A stretch of 64,000 nucleotides of DNA. It comes from Phoronis australis (lineage: Eukaryota > Animalia > Phoronida). Below the pieces are notes generated by a model. That model searched no databases, was not told the DNA's origin, and saw only the letters and a list, made by a program, of their open reading frames with translations. This document shows positions 27,101-36,777 of the stretch, piece after piece. Each line of letters starts with the position of its first letter. Positions within the stretch are counted from its first letter, which is position 1. The position numbers were made by a program, and so were the translations under genes. The stretch is from positions 636,956-700,955 of the forward strand of contig NMRA01000029.1 in assembly GCA_002633005.1 (NCBI GenBank), written 5' to 3'.

Positions 27101-29182
27101 TGGTACTTTGAGAATATCCAGAGGATAAAATAATGAGCATCGTGGAATATTGTAAAACATGTCATGAGTGTCAACACATTTTATTTGAAAAAATAGACTT
27201 AAATTGTTTTAAAGTGAAAATATGAATTGGTTCTTGTAACCGATGAATGTATCAAGACATGATATTTTTTAAATTAGTTCTTAGTGTTTAAATTATCTTT
27301 GTTACAGACAAGACAACTTCTCCTCCTGCAAAGCCCACAAACCCTGGCATTGGTAAGTTGGGGAAGTAGAAGAAATGGATGAAATTTGATAATAGGATAT
27401 ACAGGGATTATGTACATGTGTAATAATCATGTACCCATACTATGTATAATGTAAGTGTTCCATGGCTGTATCTCCTAAACTCCTTGCAGGATCTTTATGA
27501 AATTTAGCAGGAGTATTGTGATGAGCATGACAACAGAATGATGATGACTTTGGACGGATCCAACGACCACTGTGCCCTCTAGTGGCATTTTGGAGTGCTT
27601 GGTGGATTTTCTTGAAATTTGTCAGATAGGTTTCCATTGAGGACACAATGACACCTTCCCATTTTGAGATGGATTCAAGGCCACCTGGTGGTGTTTTTTT
27701 TTAAAATTTTTGGTGTCTGCCATCCTATCCTCTAAAGTGTTCAAAGGATGGTTGTGAAAGTTACCATATATTTGTTCCGTATGAGAAGAGCACAGTTAGC
27801 AATTAATCAAGCATTTGGTACATGCTGTAATCATGTAGCGTTACAATCTTAATTCGCCACATTAGGGAAATTCCAAAGTGAATTCACAAAAAATCGGAAG
27901 TTTTTAACGAAAGTGCTGCTGGATACCAAGTGTCTGTTTCATGAAAAGTGACTGAAGACTTAAGACTGAAATTTGGTCTTATGCTTCACGCAGCTATTCT
28001 GAAAATCTCACCTGAGGAAAAGTGCAAAGTCTCTGAGAGCACAGACAAAACTGCTATTCGTTGAGATAATCTCCACAAATTATCTCTAGACTGTAATGTG
28101 CTCATAAATACTAGGCAAAATTTTTTTCAGCATTTGTGAGGTGTGAGTGCGAGACCAAATTTTAATTGTAAGTCTTGAGTCAATTTCATTAAACACTGGC
28201 TCCAAATATCAACTAAATGCAGAAGTCCAGTCTGGAGTTACAGTCACAGATTAAAGAACCTCGGTTTGGGCTCTAGTCTTTGTTATCGAAATCAAACTGA
28301 AAATTAAGTTTGACACTTTCTGTTCTACTTTTGTGTGAAATTGGGATGAGTGTATTCTTCTGCACTCTAGTACATCGCTGATGTGGATAATTGTCAAATG
28401 CCAGTTTACACTTGATGACCCCAGTTGGTGCCTGAACTCGAAATTTCAAGCTTTTACTCAATGTCTCGAGTTTTGTAGCTCGAATCTAAAGTCATCCGGT
28501 GTGAATTTGGAATAGACTCCTATGCATACTTGAGAACAGGATGACAGGCAATTATTTTGAGTTTGCACAAAAGTAAAATGGGAATACAATGTGGTGGACA
28601 AGTGATAAACAATATTATCAAAATTGTCAACAGATTTAAAGTAAACAGGAAGAAAACATATTAACTTGTTTATTTCCAAAGTTTCTTTAAAACTGTCATC
28701 AACAAACACGCAATGCAGTTTGAGTATTTTTAACAATACAGTGAGCTTTCGAAAGTTGGAGAAATGACTGTTTTGGCAATTATGTTTTGTTCAAATTTTA
28801 GGAATCTTTACTGTAATTCCCATTTTCAGTAGACCCCACGCCCAGGTCCTAAATAAAGCTTGGATGCTTGTGTATTGTACATTCAGTTACAAGTGGTAAA
28901 CTGAACATATTGCAACATGATAGGAAAGTTATTTAAAAGCACTTGATGAGTGGGTTAGTAATTATACACTGAATGTCTGTTGTCTTAATTTCAGGTCCAT
29001 TTGGTCTTTCTTATGACGATGCTAACATACTAATTATTGTCCTGGGGTCTGGACTGGGTACCTCCGTTGTCATACTCATTGGCGTGTGTTGCTGTCTGGC
29101 GATGACACGCCGACGAATGAGAAGAATGAAGAGCCATTCGGAATTTCATCGTCATAAAGGCTTCGAAATGTCGTCCCTGTAA
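1..29182 (+). CDS. Multi-exon gene (5'-partial): membrane-anchored tandem multi-domain carboxylesterase / CEL-like lipase with 3 type-B carboxylesterase domains, mucin repeat, SEA-like domain, TM helix and short tail
   Basis: Exons 2-147, 1169-1320, 2568-2749, 3781-4304, 5891-6076, 8244-8545, 8864-9092, 10138-10289, 11365-11546, 12015-12502, 15356-15559, 16250-16548, 17272-17503, 18647-18798, 19098-19279, 19879-20399, 22395-22580, 24320-25173, 26044-26235, 27308-27352, 28995-29182. They sum to 5598 nt (1866 codons incl. TAA), all GT-AG, phases compatible. Motifs EDCLxLDVY, VFIHGG, GxSAG, GH..ADG, H(A/G)(D/G)E and WTNFA each recur three times. Confidence 0.88.
1169..1320 (+). CDS. Esterase domain 1 exon ([12 protein letters not shown]...[14 protein letters not shown]), oxyanion-hole loop
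   Basis: ttccag acceptor, gtgggt donor, 152 nt like paralogous exons. Confidence 0.92.
1359..2249 (+). mobile_element. Kolobok-like non-autonomous DNA transposon (TTAA TSD, long TIRs, THAP start remnant)
   Basis: TTAA at 1355 and 2250; TIR aaggcaacctttttt...aaaaaaggttgc; paralogous empty site with single TTAA at 18833; homologous to 42815 and 51645 copies. Confidence 0.85.
2568..2749 (+). CDS. Esterase domain 1 exon with nucleophile motif GQSAG
   Basis: [37 protein letters not shown]; tgttag / gtgagc. Confidence 0.93.
3781..4304 (+). CDS. Esterase domain 1 exon (RAIAQSG...GHNFADG...TDFMF), catalytic acid
   Basis: ttccag acceptor; phase-2 donor gtgggt matches 12502 and 20399 in paralogs. 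Confidence 0.9.
4920..5050 (-). mobile_element. tRNA-derived SINE-like head (degenerate paralogous copy at ~21420-21520)
   Basis: Minus strand: A-box-like tgtcctagtggt and B-box ggttcgagtcc; no complete cloverleaf. Confidence 0.55.
5891..6076 (+). CDS. Esterase domain 1 exon with catalytic His ([11 protein letters not shown]...GDHGGEL...WTNFATTG)
   Basis: Correct frame is not in the ORF track; ttgtag / gtgagt; translated by hand. Confidence 0.9.
6685..7074. mobile_element. Foldback/MITE: ~390-bp near-perfect palindrome
   Basis: ~185-bp arms tatgttt..aaaatcaacttattcgtagaccgtggaattggaggttcgaacg / cgttcgaacctccaattccgcggtctacgagtaagttgatttt..aaacata around a short loop at ~6870-6888. Confidence 0.85.
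7608..7790. repeat. Short interspersed repeat (second copy 10424-10584)
   Basis: Shared ttaaaga..tgtatttgc..taactatgctaatg..tatagcagga..aaacaaagtgcagt..ctgcaaataggt. Confidence 0.7.
8244..8545 (+). CDS. Junction exon: end of domain 1 (DPN...WPPY), Pro-rich linker, start of domain 2 ([12 protein letters not shown])
   Basis: ttgtag acceptor, phase-1 donor gtaggt; no stop or signal peptide between domains. Confidence 0.87.
8674..8802 (+). pseudogene. Decayed tandem copy of exon 8864-9092 (pseudo-exon)
   Basis: [28 protein letters not shown]... vs [32 protein letters not shown]; EPPV deleted, G-run expansion, truncated after the CP codons. Confidence 0.8.
8864..9092 (+). CDS. Esterase domain 2 exon ([16 protein letters not shown]...EDCLYLDVY)
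   Basis: tgcag / gtaaga; type-B signature. Confidence 0.92.
9093..9380 (+). repeat. Intronic minisatellite, ~60-70-bp unit, 4-5 copies
   Basis: aagaacttaccattaccatcagggtaggaagtgaacactac..tataaatggtacat repeated from the donor site onward. Confidence 0.85.
10138..10289 (+). CDS. Esterase domain 2 exon ([14 protein letters not shown]...[13 protein letters not shown])
   Basis: ttttcag / gttagt; 152 nt; absent from ORF track, translated by hand. Confidence 0.92.
11365..11546 (+). CDS. Esterase domain 2 exon with nucleophile motif GVSAG
   Basis: [15 protein letters not shown]...[10 protein letters not shown]; aacag / gtaagt; 182 nt. Confidence 0.92.
12015..12502 (+). CDS. Esterase domain 2 exon (RVISQSG...PVVDGVFLP...GHSQADG...TDFMF)
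   Basis: ttacag / gtattt. Confidence 0.9.
12572..12638. repeat. (TG)n/(TGCG)n microsatellite
   Basis: Seen directly. Confidence 0.9.
12749..13897 (+). mobile_element. Helentron-associated non-autonomous element (HINE/DINE-1-like), spans assembly gap
   Basis: 5' T-run + atgcgcccac subTIR with hairpin, (cgtc) microsatellite, ctagtggc tandem units, 3' gtgggcgcat subTIR + caacgctctgcgttg stem-loop + T-run. Confidence 0.75.
13209..13574. other. Assembly gap (366 N)
   Basis: N run inside the tandem array of the HINE-like element. Confidence 1.
14040..14930 (+). mobile_element. Older degenerate copy of the ctagtggc (HINE-like) repeat
   Basis: gcattatgccgtcat start, tgtggcacctcctagtggcac and gaaatttggc motifs; further fragments at 6490-7170, 20820-20990, 27460-27780, 57375-57620. 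Confidence 0.6.
15356..15559 (+). CDS. Esterase domain 2 exon with catalytic His (YYYLFEHRP...[12 protein letters not shown]...WTNFAHTG)
   Basis: ttttag / gtgagt. Confidence 0.92.
16250..16548 (+). CDS. Junction exon: end of domain 2, linker, start of domain 3 ([12 protein letters not shown])
   Basis: ttgcag / gtaagc phase 1; open frame through the domain boundary. Confidence 0.88.
17272..17503 (+). CDS. Esterase domain 3 exon ([17 protein letters not shown]...EDCLELDVY)
   Basis: ttttag / gtaaag. Confidence 0.92.
18647..18798 (+). CDS. Esterase domain 3 exon (VFIHGGGY)
   Basis: ttccag / gtgggt; 152 nt. Confidence 0.92.
19098..19279 (+). CDS. Esterase domain 3 exon with nucleophile motif GESAG
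   Basis: tgttag / gtgaga; 182 nt. Confidence 0.93.
19879..20399 (+). CDS. Esterase domain 3 exon (RAIAQSG...GHNFADG...TDFMF)
   Basis: ttccag / gtgagt. Confidence 0.92.
22395..22580 (+). CDS. Esterase domain 3 exon with catalytic His (GDHADEL...WTNFATTG)
   Basis: ttgtag / gtgagt; 186 nt like 5891-6076. Confidence 0.9.
22620..22890. mobile_element. MITE with gggtctgtttc(a/g)tgaaaagtgac termini (related copies 27930-28200, ~31400-31521, ~53390)
   Basis: Left gggtctgtttcgtgaaaagtgac..agacttaag; right cttaa..tttttatgaagtagactcc; reverse-complement end at 31498-31521. Confidence 0.6.
22896..23093. repeat. Minisatellite, ~62-bp unit x3
   Basis: tctgcctcgagtgtgactttgta..agtgaaggcatgcaagtcagtgggtctgctggcctg repeated. 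Confidence 0.9.
24320..25173 (+). CDS. Exon: end of domain 3, mucin-like 20-aa repeats, first half of SEA-like domain
   Basis: tttcag / gtgaga; DPTKG...WP then ([20 protein letters not shown])n then [12 protein letters not shown]...NFDLRRG. Confidence 0.9.
24541..24960 (+). repeat. Coding minisatellite, 7 x 60 nt (Thr/Pro/Ser-rich mucin-like stalk)
   Basis: Seven consecutive 60-nt blocks align: ctgcaacctcatcccctccgtacactgaa..ccaactacattggctgaagtcgacacca. Confidence 0.95.
26044..26235 (+). CDS. Exon: second half of SEA-like domain (G/SIVVSFDL...)
   Basis: ttcatag / gtaagt, phase 1-1; joins to give DLRRGSIVVSF. Confidence 0.83.
27308..27352 (+). CDS. 45-nt juxtamembrane spacer exon ([15 protein letters not shown])
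   Basis: ttacag / gtaagt, symmetric phase 1-1, Pro/Thr-rich. Confidence 0.7.
28995..29182 (+). CDS. Terminal exon: TM helix, CCC, basic stop-transfer, cytoplasmic tail ending EMSSL
   Basis: tttcag acceptor phase 1; [35 protein letters not shown]; TAA at 29180-29182. Confidence 0.83.
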
Positions 29183-29291
29183 CTGGCCGAATTTGAGATG
29201 GCAACTTCAACACCGACTATGCTGCGACTGCGAAAAGATGTTTTACGCTCTCTATTTTAGTTATTGATTTTGTTCTTGATTGATATGATTA

Positions 29292-29505
29292 TGTAATACC
29301 ACGATTAAAATTTCTTGGTCTGTTTACACCAATTTCTAGCCTACTTACATTGGCACGATGTTTCAGTCGGTCGTTTCTGCGACCATCTTCAGGTGTTATA
29401 GCATGCTTAGAAGACGTGACCGGCCGAAACGCCATGCCAATTAAAGTACTAGGCAAATGGTTGGTGTAAACCGACCAATTAATTTTAGCCATGATGTTAG
29501 TACAT
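29292..29505. repeat. Degenerate palindrome resembling Penelope-like element terminal repeat
   Basis: Arms ggtctgtttacaccaa..ttggcacgatgtttcagtcggtc / gaccggccgaaacgccatgccaa..ttggtgtaaaccgacc; minus strand ctgaaga...gaaac. Confidence 0.55.
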
Positions 29506-32343
29506 CACCACCTCAATGCGATTTTAGGAAGTCGTGATTTTCTAACCTCGTGTTAGGAGAAAAGTGAAAGATTCAAACACACGAAGACAAGAAAGGTGCC
29601 TTATCCAATGACATGTCTGTTGCAGCTGTATGGTTACCTACGGTCGACCACGAAACAAAATGGGCTCATCCCAGTTATAACGAAATTTTGAACTCCAAAA
29701 TGCAGTTTATGTTTTTCATGTAATTTTGAGAGGTTACAAGTCAGTTGTCATGGAAACAATAAGGAAAAAGAAACAGTCAAATGCACTTTAAGACTAAATT
29801 ACATTCTCCGTATGTTGATGTAAAATTAAACTATTTTACTCATTTCAACTACCTTTTTGACGATGAACCATAATGCAAGTATTTTACCATAAATTATTAG
29901 CTTCCTCGATTCTCATTAACCTTCTGGTCTCGCGTAATGTAAATGTGACGACTCTTATCAAATATTCAATTTCTTCGTTCCACGTTTTAGAAATGTTGGC
30001 AGTCATTTCCTGTGTGAACTGCTCTGCCTGCAAGCCCTCCAAACAAAATATTTTTGTAAACTACTTACTATACAACACGCCACAGCTGAGCTGAGCGTAT
30101 TTGGTCCGTTTTATTGTCCTAGTGTACCGCCTGAGGAAAATGCACCAAGCGAGGAGTTTCTTCATTGTTTTTTATTTTAGATTTTCTAGACGTACACACG
30201 CAATACTGTTCGGAGCTTATGTCCCTCAGGTGTTAGATACGGTTAAGTCTCCCACTCTGACTCTTAAGTGTGTACTTTAATCCAGAAAATTTTTGTTTCT
30301 TTGAGGTTTGTCCATAAATCATTGCATTAAAAATTCTTCAATCCCAAAACTGACATTTTTCTATTTTCCTTGGTCTTGCCCATAGCTAGTAATGCTCGAA
30401 ACTTGACCAAATGTTAGTTGGTGACAGCTACTTCATACAAACCATGCTTAGCAGAATATCCATGAAATAAAATGCATTTTTTTAGGAAAAGGACAAAATG
30501 TAAATTTTCTCATCTGTTATTTTGCATTCCAAAATGAAGTATTTACAGTAGTTTACCCTCCTGTGTCATCTATGATCAAATGAAACAGCACGCACCAAAA
30601 TGACTTGGAAATCACCATCACTGCGGCTCAGGTTGGGTAGAAGCCAAATTCATCGGAGTCGTTTTCCCTCACGACTCAGAATGAAGAGAAATAAACTGGA
30701 AAGTTAGTAAGGTGTCTAAACCTTTCGGTAAATTATAATTTTGTCACTACATGAGTTATTACCAAAAATTTTGCTGTTAACATGATTAGCTGTCGTGACG
30801 GAAAAATGACATTTTATCCATTACTTTTGTCTTCTACTGTTTCTTGTCTTTATCTCCCCTTGCATCTGCCAAACGTCTGCTTCACTGTCAATCATTTGTC
30901 CACATAGAAGAGGCAAACAATAAATGATGAAATGCGAAGGAATTTGTTGAATGTGAAAACCAGACAAACACAGAATTATAACAAGATTGGCAATAGTGAG
31001 CTGAATAGACAATTTAGATTCTAACATTTCTGCGAGACAAAAGTGAACACGTGTCGAATCCCATCCAACATTTTTATGATTCTTTGCACTTGACAGAATT
31101 CAATACAAAATTCTCACCAACAAACATTTTCCTCAGTACAGTATTTTATTGTGAAACAACATGTTCCAACAAATCAACTACCCATTAGACAATGATCAAG
31201 TTTACAATTTATTACACATAACTTAGCAATAACTATCATCCAACAGAATGTTCTAGAAAGGAAATCTGTGGTCGGCATCGTGAAAGTGGCGTAACGCTTG
31301 AGACAGGTATTGGGTCTTGCACTCCCACTTCCCAATTGCTCAAAAAGATTTATCACAGTCCAGAAATAATTTATAGAAATTATCTCTTTGACTAACAGCC
31401 ATGTGGATATTCTCAAAAACTGGACTTTTGCACGAGTGAGATTTAATTATTTTTCAGAAAGAGTTGCGTAAGGTCAAACTTAGGAATCTAGTGTTGAGTC
31501 ACTTTTCATGAAACAGACCCCAAGATATTGTAACTACATGACATTTACAACAGTTTTGTTTAAAGAGTATTGATCACACATCCTGATTCACTGTCTAAAA
31601 TGGTCCACATTGTGTTCCATGTCTCCTTGTTTCACTACTGTAGCTGTAAAATTTCAGACACCATTGTGAGCTTGAAATTCACTAGGTGGTGTATCAGCTG
31701 CAAACAGACTAATACTTTGAATTATCTGGCGTAGATCTAATCAAATTCTCTCAATATTCGGAATTTTCAACATAATCCATTTCTGCTTTTGATAAATAGG
31801 ATTCATATCTTTACTTCCTTTTCTTGTAAACTGTTTTTGAGCAGACTCGCTAAATAATGATTTTCGCAATATGTTGTTTGGCAGTTCTGGGTGAGCTGAC
31901 TCACAGACCAGACAGTCTCGCCACCTGGTGACATGTATAAATGCATGCACGATGTTGTCAATGCTGTTGCTATTCAACAAACAAAAAGAGGATCAACGCT
32001 TCATTAACACCACAGTGAATATCGAATCTCACAATGGACTAAAAAAATTAAATGCATTACAACCATCCATTTCTTAACTCGCAAAGTCTCGGTACTGGTC
32101 AATAGTAGACATTTAGACATTGAATCTGAATGCATTGAACGATGCTAAAAATCAAAAATAAATACCATCATTTCTCGTTTACACAACAGAATGTATATTT
32201 CAAGAATACGGACAAGTGAATGTTATTCTAAATACCACCATGTTAACTTCACGACTGTTGACTTTTAAATCAAGCTGCACAACAAATGCCAATTTGTAGG
32301 CAAGCTTCTACTGATCTAGTTGTCAAGTCAAGAGAACAGTGGC

Positions 32344-32501
32344 CAGGGGCAGATTCAGGATTTTGAGTTAGGGGGGGCCAGGGCAGAGTATTAGCCCAGA
32401 TTTTGCCCGTTAGACTTTCGCACCTCCGAACTGCCAATTGTAATCTGGGAGAATTTTAGGGGGGCCATGGCCCCTTTGGCTCCCCTTTAAATCCACCACT
32501 G
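32344..32501. mobile_element. Short MITE (caggggcagatt...aatccaccactg), apparent 5-bp TSD gtggc
   Basis: Imperfect TIR; gtggc at 32339 and 32502. Confidence 0.55.
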
Positions 32502-33116
32502 GTGGCTTCCATTAAACTTTAAAGCACCGAAAAGGAGGATGTACTCTTATCAGGAAAGTAAAATGGAGGTTCTGATACGATGCCTTGTGTCTGTTTATTA
32601 ATTATCTGTTTGCAGCAACTCATCATTCTCAGTACAGAGTCCAAAACAGCCCAAGTTCACAAACAAGTTGTACAACAAACACCAAGTCATAGCTTTTTGA
32701 CTAAGCTGGATTAGAAAAATGTCTGTCTAAACATGTTCAACAATGGTAGAAATTGTCTAGTATGAGTTGCACAAGAAACACACTTAGACCTGATTACAAA
32801 AACTCCTTTTTTGTAAAACATACCTCTCGTACGATAAATTTTCGTACGAAAGCAACTGCCATAGTCATTCGTTCCACGATACACAACATGTAGGTAGACG
32901 TCGGATAACAGCCAATCACAGCGTATTTAGCGATCAACGGACAAATCTTATATTGGCAAGATTAGAAACATCAGATCACTTCTACTTACATGTCATATTC
33001 AGTGCCATGAAGTCCCTAATTGCATATACCAAGTATAAGTGGCCATGTTGTAAGATTGAAAAATATGTGCCAGTTGACACAATAGCCCGATTGACGTGTT
33101 GTTTTTTTTCCGTTTC

Positions 33117-33263
33117 CTACACACTCTCGACTGTAATCTTTCCTTCAATAACAGCTTTAATTTCCTGTGCATCCAAAGTTTCACGGCGCATCAGCGCCTG
33201 GGCCAGGGCCTTGTGTTCCACAGAATGATTCTTCAAGATAGCCTTGGCTCTATCATACGACTC
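33117..33263 (-). CDS. YME1L1: ATP-dependent zinc metalloprotease YME1L1 (i-AAA, FtsH/M41), terminal exon
   Basis: ESYDRAKAILKNHSVEHKALAQALMRRETLDAQEIKAVIEGKITVESV* matches the YME1L1 C-terminus (SYERAKHILKTHAKEHKNLAEALLTYETLDAKEI, from memory); ctacag acceptor. Confidence 0.9.
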   Translation of the reverse strand, partial: ESYDRAKAILKNHSVEHKALAQALMRRETLDAQEIKAVIEGKITVESV

Positions 33264-33788
33264 CTGTAGTAAGCAAAGTTAGAAGTCTTAAGTCAAATTT
33301 CACAGGATGTCATTTCACAATTGGGGCCCATTTTGTCAAAACATGACTTCTACTGTGGTAAAACTGGACAACACCAAATATTGACAGTGTTTAGAATAGT
33401 AAAACATTGGGGCTAAATACCGCCTTCATTTGGCTGCTTAAATTTCATCTCTCCCTACGTTTTCCACAACTATTAACTGCTGTTACAGTAAATCTTCCCG
33501 TTGAAGTCATCAATGTGAATGAACTTCACTCTGTCCAGTGTTAAGCTTATTTTGAGAACTAACTCGCCATATTAAAGAAAGGAAACAAAAGCGCCTCCTA
33601 CAGTCCAAAACATGAACCAAGACGGTTTCCGACGATGGTTCAGCATGGTATTTACAAATTGAAGTCATCTTTTTACACCATCCATTTGTCTTACCAAAAC
33701 TTTGCCCAAACATAATACTGAGATACTATGATATAATATATAATATGACAAAGAGCAGTCACAAGTCTCAGAATCTACTGGAACTCAC

Positions 33789-33908
33789 CTGTAGCAACCG
33801 TTTGATTTCATTGTCCAACAGCTCAGTAGTTGACGGTCCAACCTCATTGACCTTGACCATGGACAGTCCACTGTCGACAGGGTCACCATTGAACACACGG
33901 ACACCGAC
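33789..33908 (-). CDS. YME1L1: YME1L1 penultimate exon (peptidase M41 C-terminal part)
   Basis: VGVRVFNGDPVDSGLSMVKVNEVGPSTTELLDNEIKRLLQ; catag / gtgagt, phase 0-0. Confidence 0.85.
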
Positions 33909-36777
33909 CTATGCAAAAGACATAAGGGTCAATCAAATCATCATGCTGAGAAAACGACTCAATAAGAAGACATAGAACTTATCAATGATTCACACTGTCT
34001 CAAGGACAAGAGGCAAGATTACTGGAAATTCCAGAAAACAATAAGCAATCTAAGTGACCACTGCAAATTTAATCAGGCCAACACATCTTGAATTTCTTCA
34101 AACACCACCGCTTAGTCTTTGCTGATGAGAGCAGTAGGTGATCAAAATTTTAAAAACAAAATACCTCCTGAAGTCAATAAAGCATAGTTGGTTCGGGTCC
34201 TGAGCAAAACTGATGCGGAATCTGTTTTTTAATTATCACTTGGCTAATCATGCTATGAACATTCCCACTAAATAAAATTGGTTCTAACCCCGGTGTTTAA
34301 GGTAAACGGCGGGGTATGGAAAATTGAACTAGACCGTATTTATCCACCTTGGCTGAGACGCGCTCGGCTCATGCTCAAAGGGATGCCGCCAAGCTGCTCT
34401 ATTCATCGAGTCACGAGCGAGGATAATTGACTTCGCTCATGCGGATATGATCAGCTGATTACAGTCTAGCCTAACAACTGTACTTTTTATGGAGAGAATT
34501 TTACGTAGTTTTTACTGTAATATTTGAAAAGAGGAGCGAAAACAAATANCCAGAGCAGATTCTACATTGTATCGCAACTCACTTTGGAATGAGGCAACTG
34601 AAATATGAGGTCTTCATCTTGCAAATGGAGACTCGGGTTTAAATTTACACACTCTACAAAGATGGCCGACTTTAGTCCCGATGATTGGCAATACAATCTC
34701 CCAAGCCGCCGTGAAGCAGATGAAGAATGTTTCCATTTTGGAATGCTCAAATGATTTAATTCATGGCTGATACTAACATGGATGAAAAACATGAAACTAC
34801 AGCTCTGAATTACCAGTTTGGAGTTAACCAAGGTCGGTGTTCCTACATACTGAACTGGAGTTAAGGCATATGACCACTGAAAGCAGAGACTGCATTGGTA
34901 TACACACCAAACACTGTTAGTGATTGACAGGTCTTCTAAATGCTTTGAAAAAAGTTTGAACATTGTATATTTCTGAGTTGAAAGAGTCCACTTCTCTCTT
35001 GAACAACTGCCCATCTTTCAACTGGGAGTCCTAGTAATCTTACAATTAGGGCGTCCAAACTGGATAAATTCTGATTGACAGTGAGCGTTCAAATGATATG
35101 TTGGGAGTCCTTGCCAGGGCATCCAGATTAGTGCTAATGTGTCTAAATGGATGCCAAGGACCTACGCTATATGAAGACTTGACAAGAAATATATACATCA
35201 AAGCATGAGGATCTACATTCAAGTGTTTTGTCAAATATATGCAAGTATTTGGTTTTGCCATTCGCATATTCCGGATTTAGATTCGTAAAAATTGACGACC
35301 AATAGAGACTAAATTGTCTTGGAATCATTGAATGACTTAATTATAATTCAATGGGCATGTGTCATTCATTATATTTTGAAATGAATAACTTTTTATAGGG
35401 GTAGGCGAATGTCTGTATGCCTACAGCATCCACAAAATGTGGCATAACTGCCTACATTTTATTTAGGTAATTACATCGCCGTGTATGTTGCAGGCATAAA
35501 CAGGTGATACTACTCCCCCATAAAATGTTATTTATGTCAAATACAGCGAATAACATCGAATTATAGAAGTTTATAATAAGCATTGAGTTCTAATTCACAA
35601 ATAACATGACTCTGGAGACAATTTAGATGACATAATTTGAACATATCCATGAAAATCTTTTCATATTTGTTTCATAACCTGACTGCATATGTCACATTTT
35701 TTGCCCCAAAATGGGCGGGCAATTACCCCCTGCCATGACTATCCTATGAATGCGGCGCATGTAAATTTTATAACGTTTCGTTCGTTACCTCTTCGGCTTT
35801 TTTACATTTCCGTCTCAACCAACATAATGTGCTTGTACGTTTCTTTCAGATGTATAAGACTAAACGGGCACAAATTCGTATTTGTACGGTACTAGTTTGC
35901 GAATCTCGAGGCTAGGTGTTCTTCTTATAGCACCTGAATTTCAATGGCTTCCGTGAAACAACGGGGATTTTCTGCTCTCTAACGTATGCAAAGTTTGGCG
36001 TTGAATTTTTGGAAAGTGAAAGCTTAAATTGAAACAATTTTTGCACAGGAGTAAAGAGTGAACAATTACGAATCGATTGAGGTATATACATCATCCATGT
36101 GTGATCATTTTTGTTGGAGATATGAAGGATTGAATGGGGTCTGAATAGGGACCCAGCAACTACACTTTTACCTCTATTATGTATTACCCCCCATACGCCT
36201 GAACTTTTTCAGCGAATTATGTCTCACACTGATTAAACCATCAATGTCAAGTTGCTGAAGTATCTTATGCACATAGTGGGACACAACAGGAAATCGTTCA
36301 GGTCTTTAACTCTTCTCAGCTCAAACTAGGAACCAAATTGGACTCAAATAAATTCCTCTCCAGGCGCAATCGTACAGTCCTCCATTCAGTGATCCATGCA
36401 CCGACAACTGACCCATTTTATACAACTCACGCAGGGGACACGAACGGCATATGGAGAGCCTATGGGATGACTTTCGTCTCTACTGCGGCCAGTTACGACG
36501 GTGGTGTGGTACGCTCTACGGTCCCCCTAGACACGTAACCTGTAATTACTTACAGGTAAAAGATCTTTGAGAATCAAACAGCAGAATGTTCAACTCAAGC
36601 CTCAGCTAAGCGGGGATTCCAAGTTTAGGACCAGCAGGACCTCGCACTGCCACTGGTGGTCCTTGATTCAGTTAACAACACAATTAAAAACGGACCCGAC
36701 CATTACCGAACAAACTAGCGATCTAGTTTTCACTGACGCAGATATTAAGGATTTGAAAACCTGCTTTTGCTGTGTAG

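Noticed and set aside
1-29182. Cluster of three separate carboxylesterase genes
   Set aside because: No stop, start or signal-peptide exon between domains; junction exons bridge the domains in frame with good donors.
1-29182. Neuroligin or acetylcholinesterase
   Set aside because: Catalytic Ser is retained, unlike neuroligin; the acid is Asp and AChE-specific motifs (FGESAG context with WIYGGGF, choline-site Trp) are not all present.
34562-35267. ORFs 34562-35014 and 35046-35267 as upstream YME1L1 exons
   Set aside because: No AAA or M41 motifs and no convincing splice sites.
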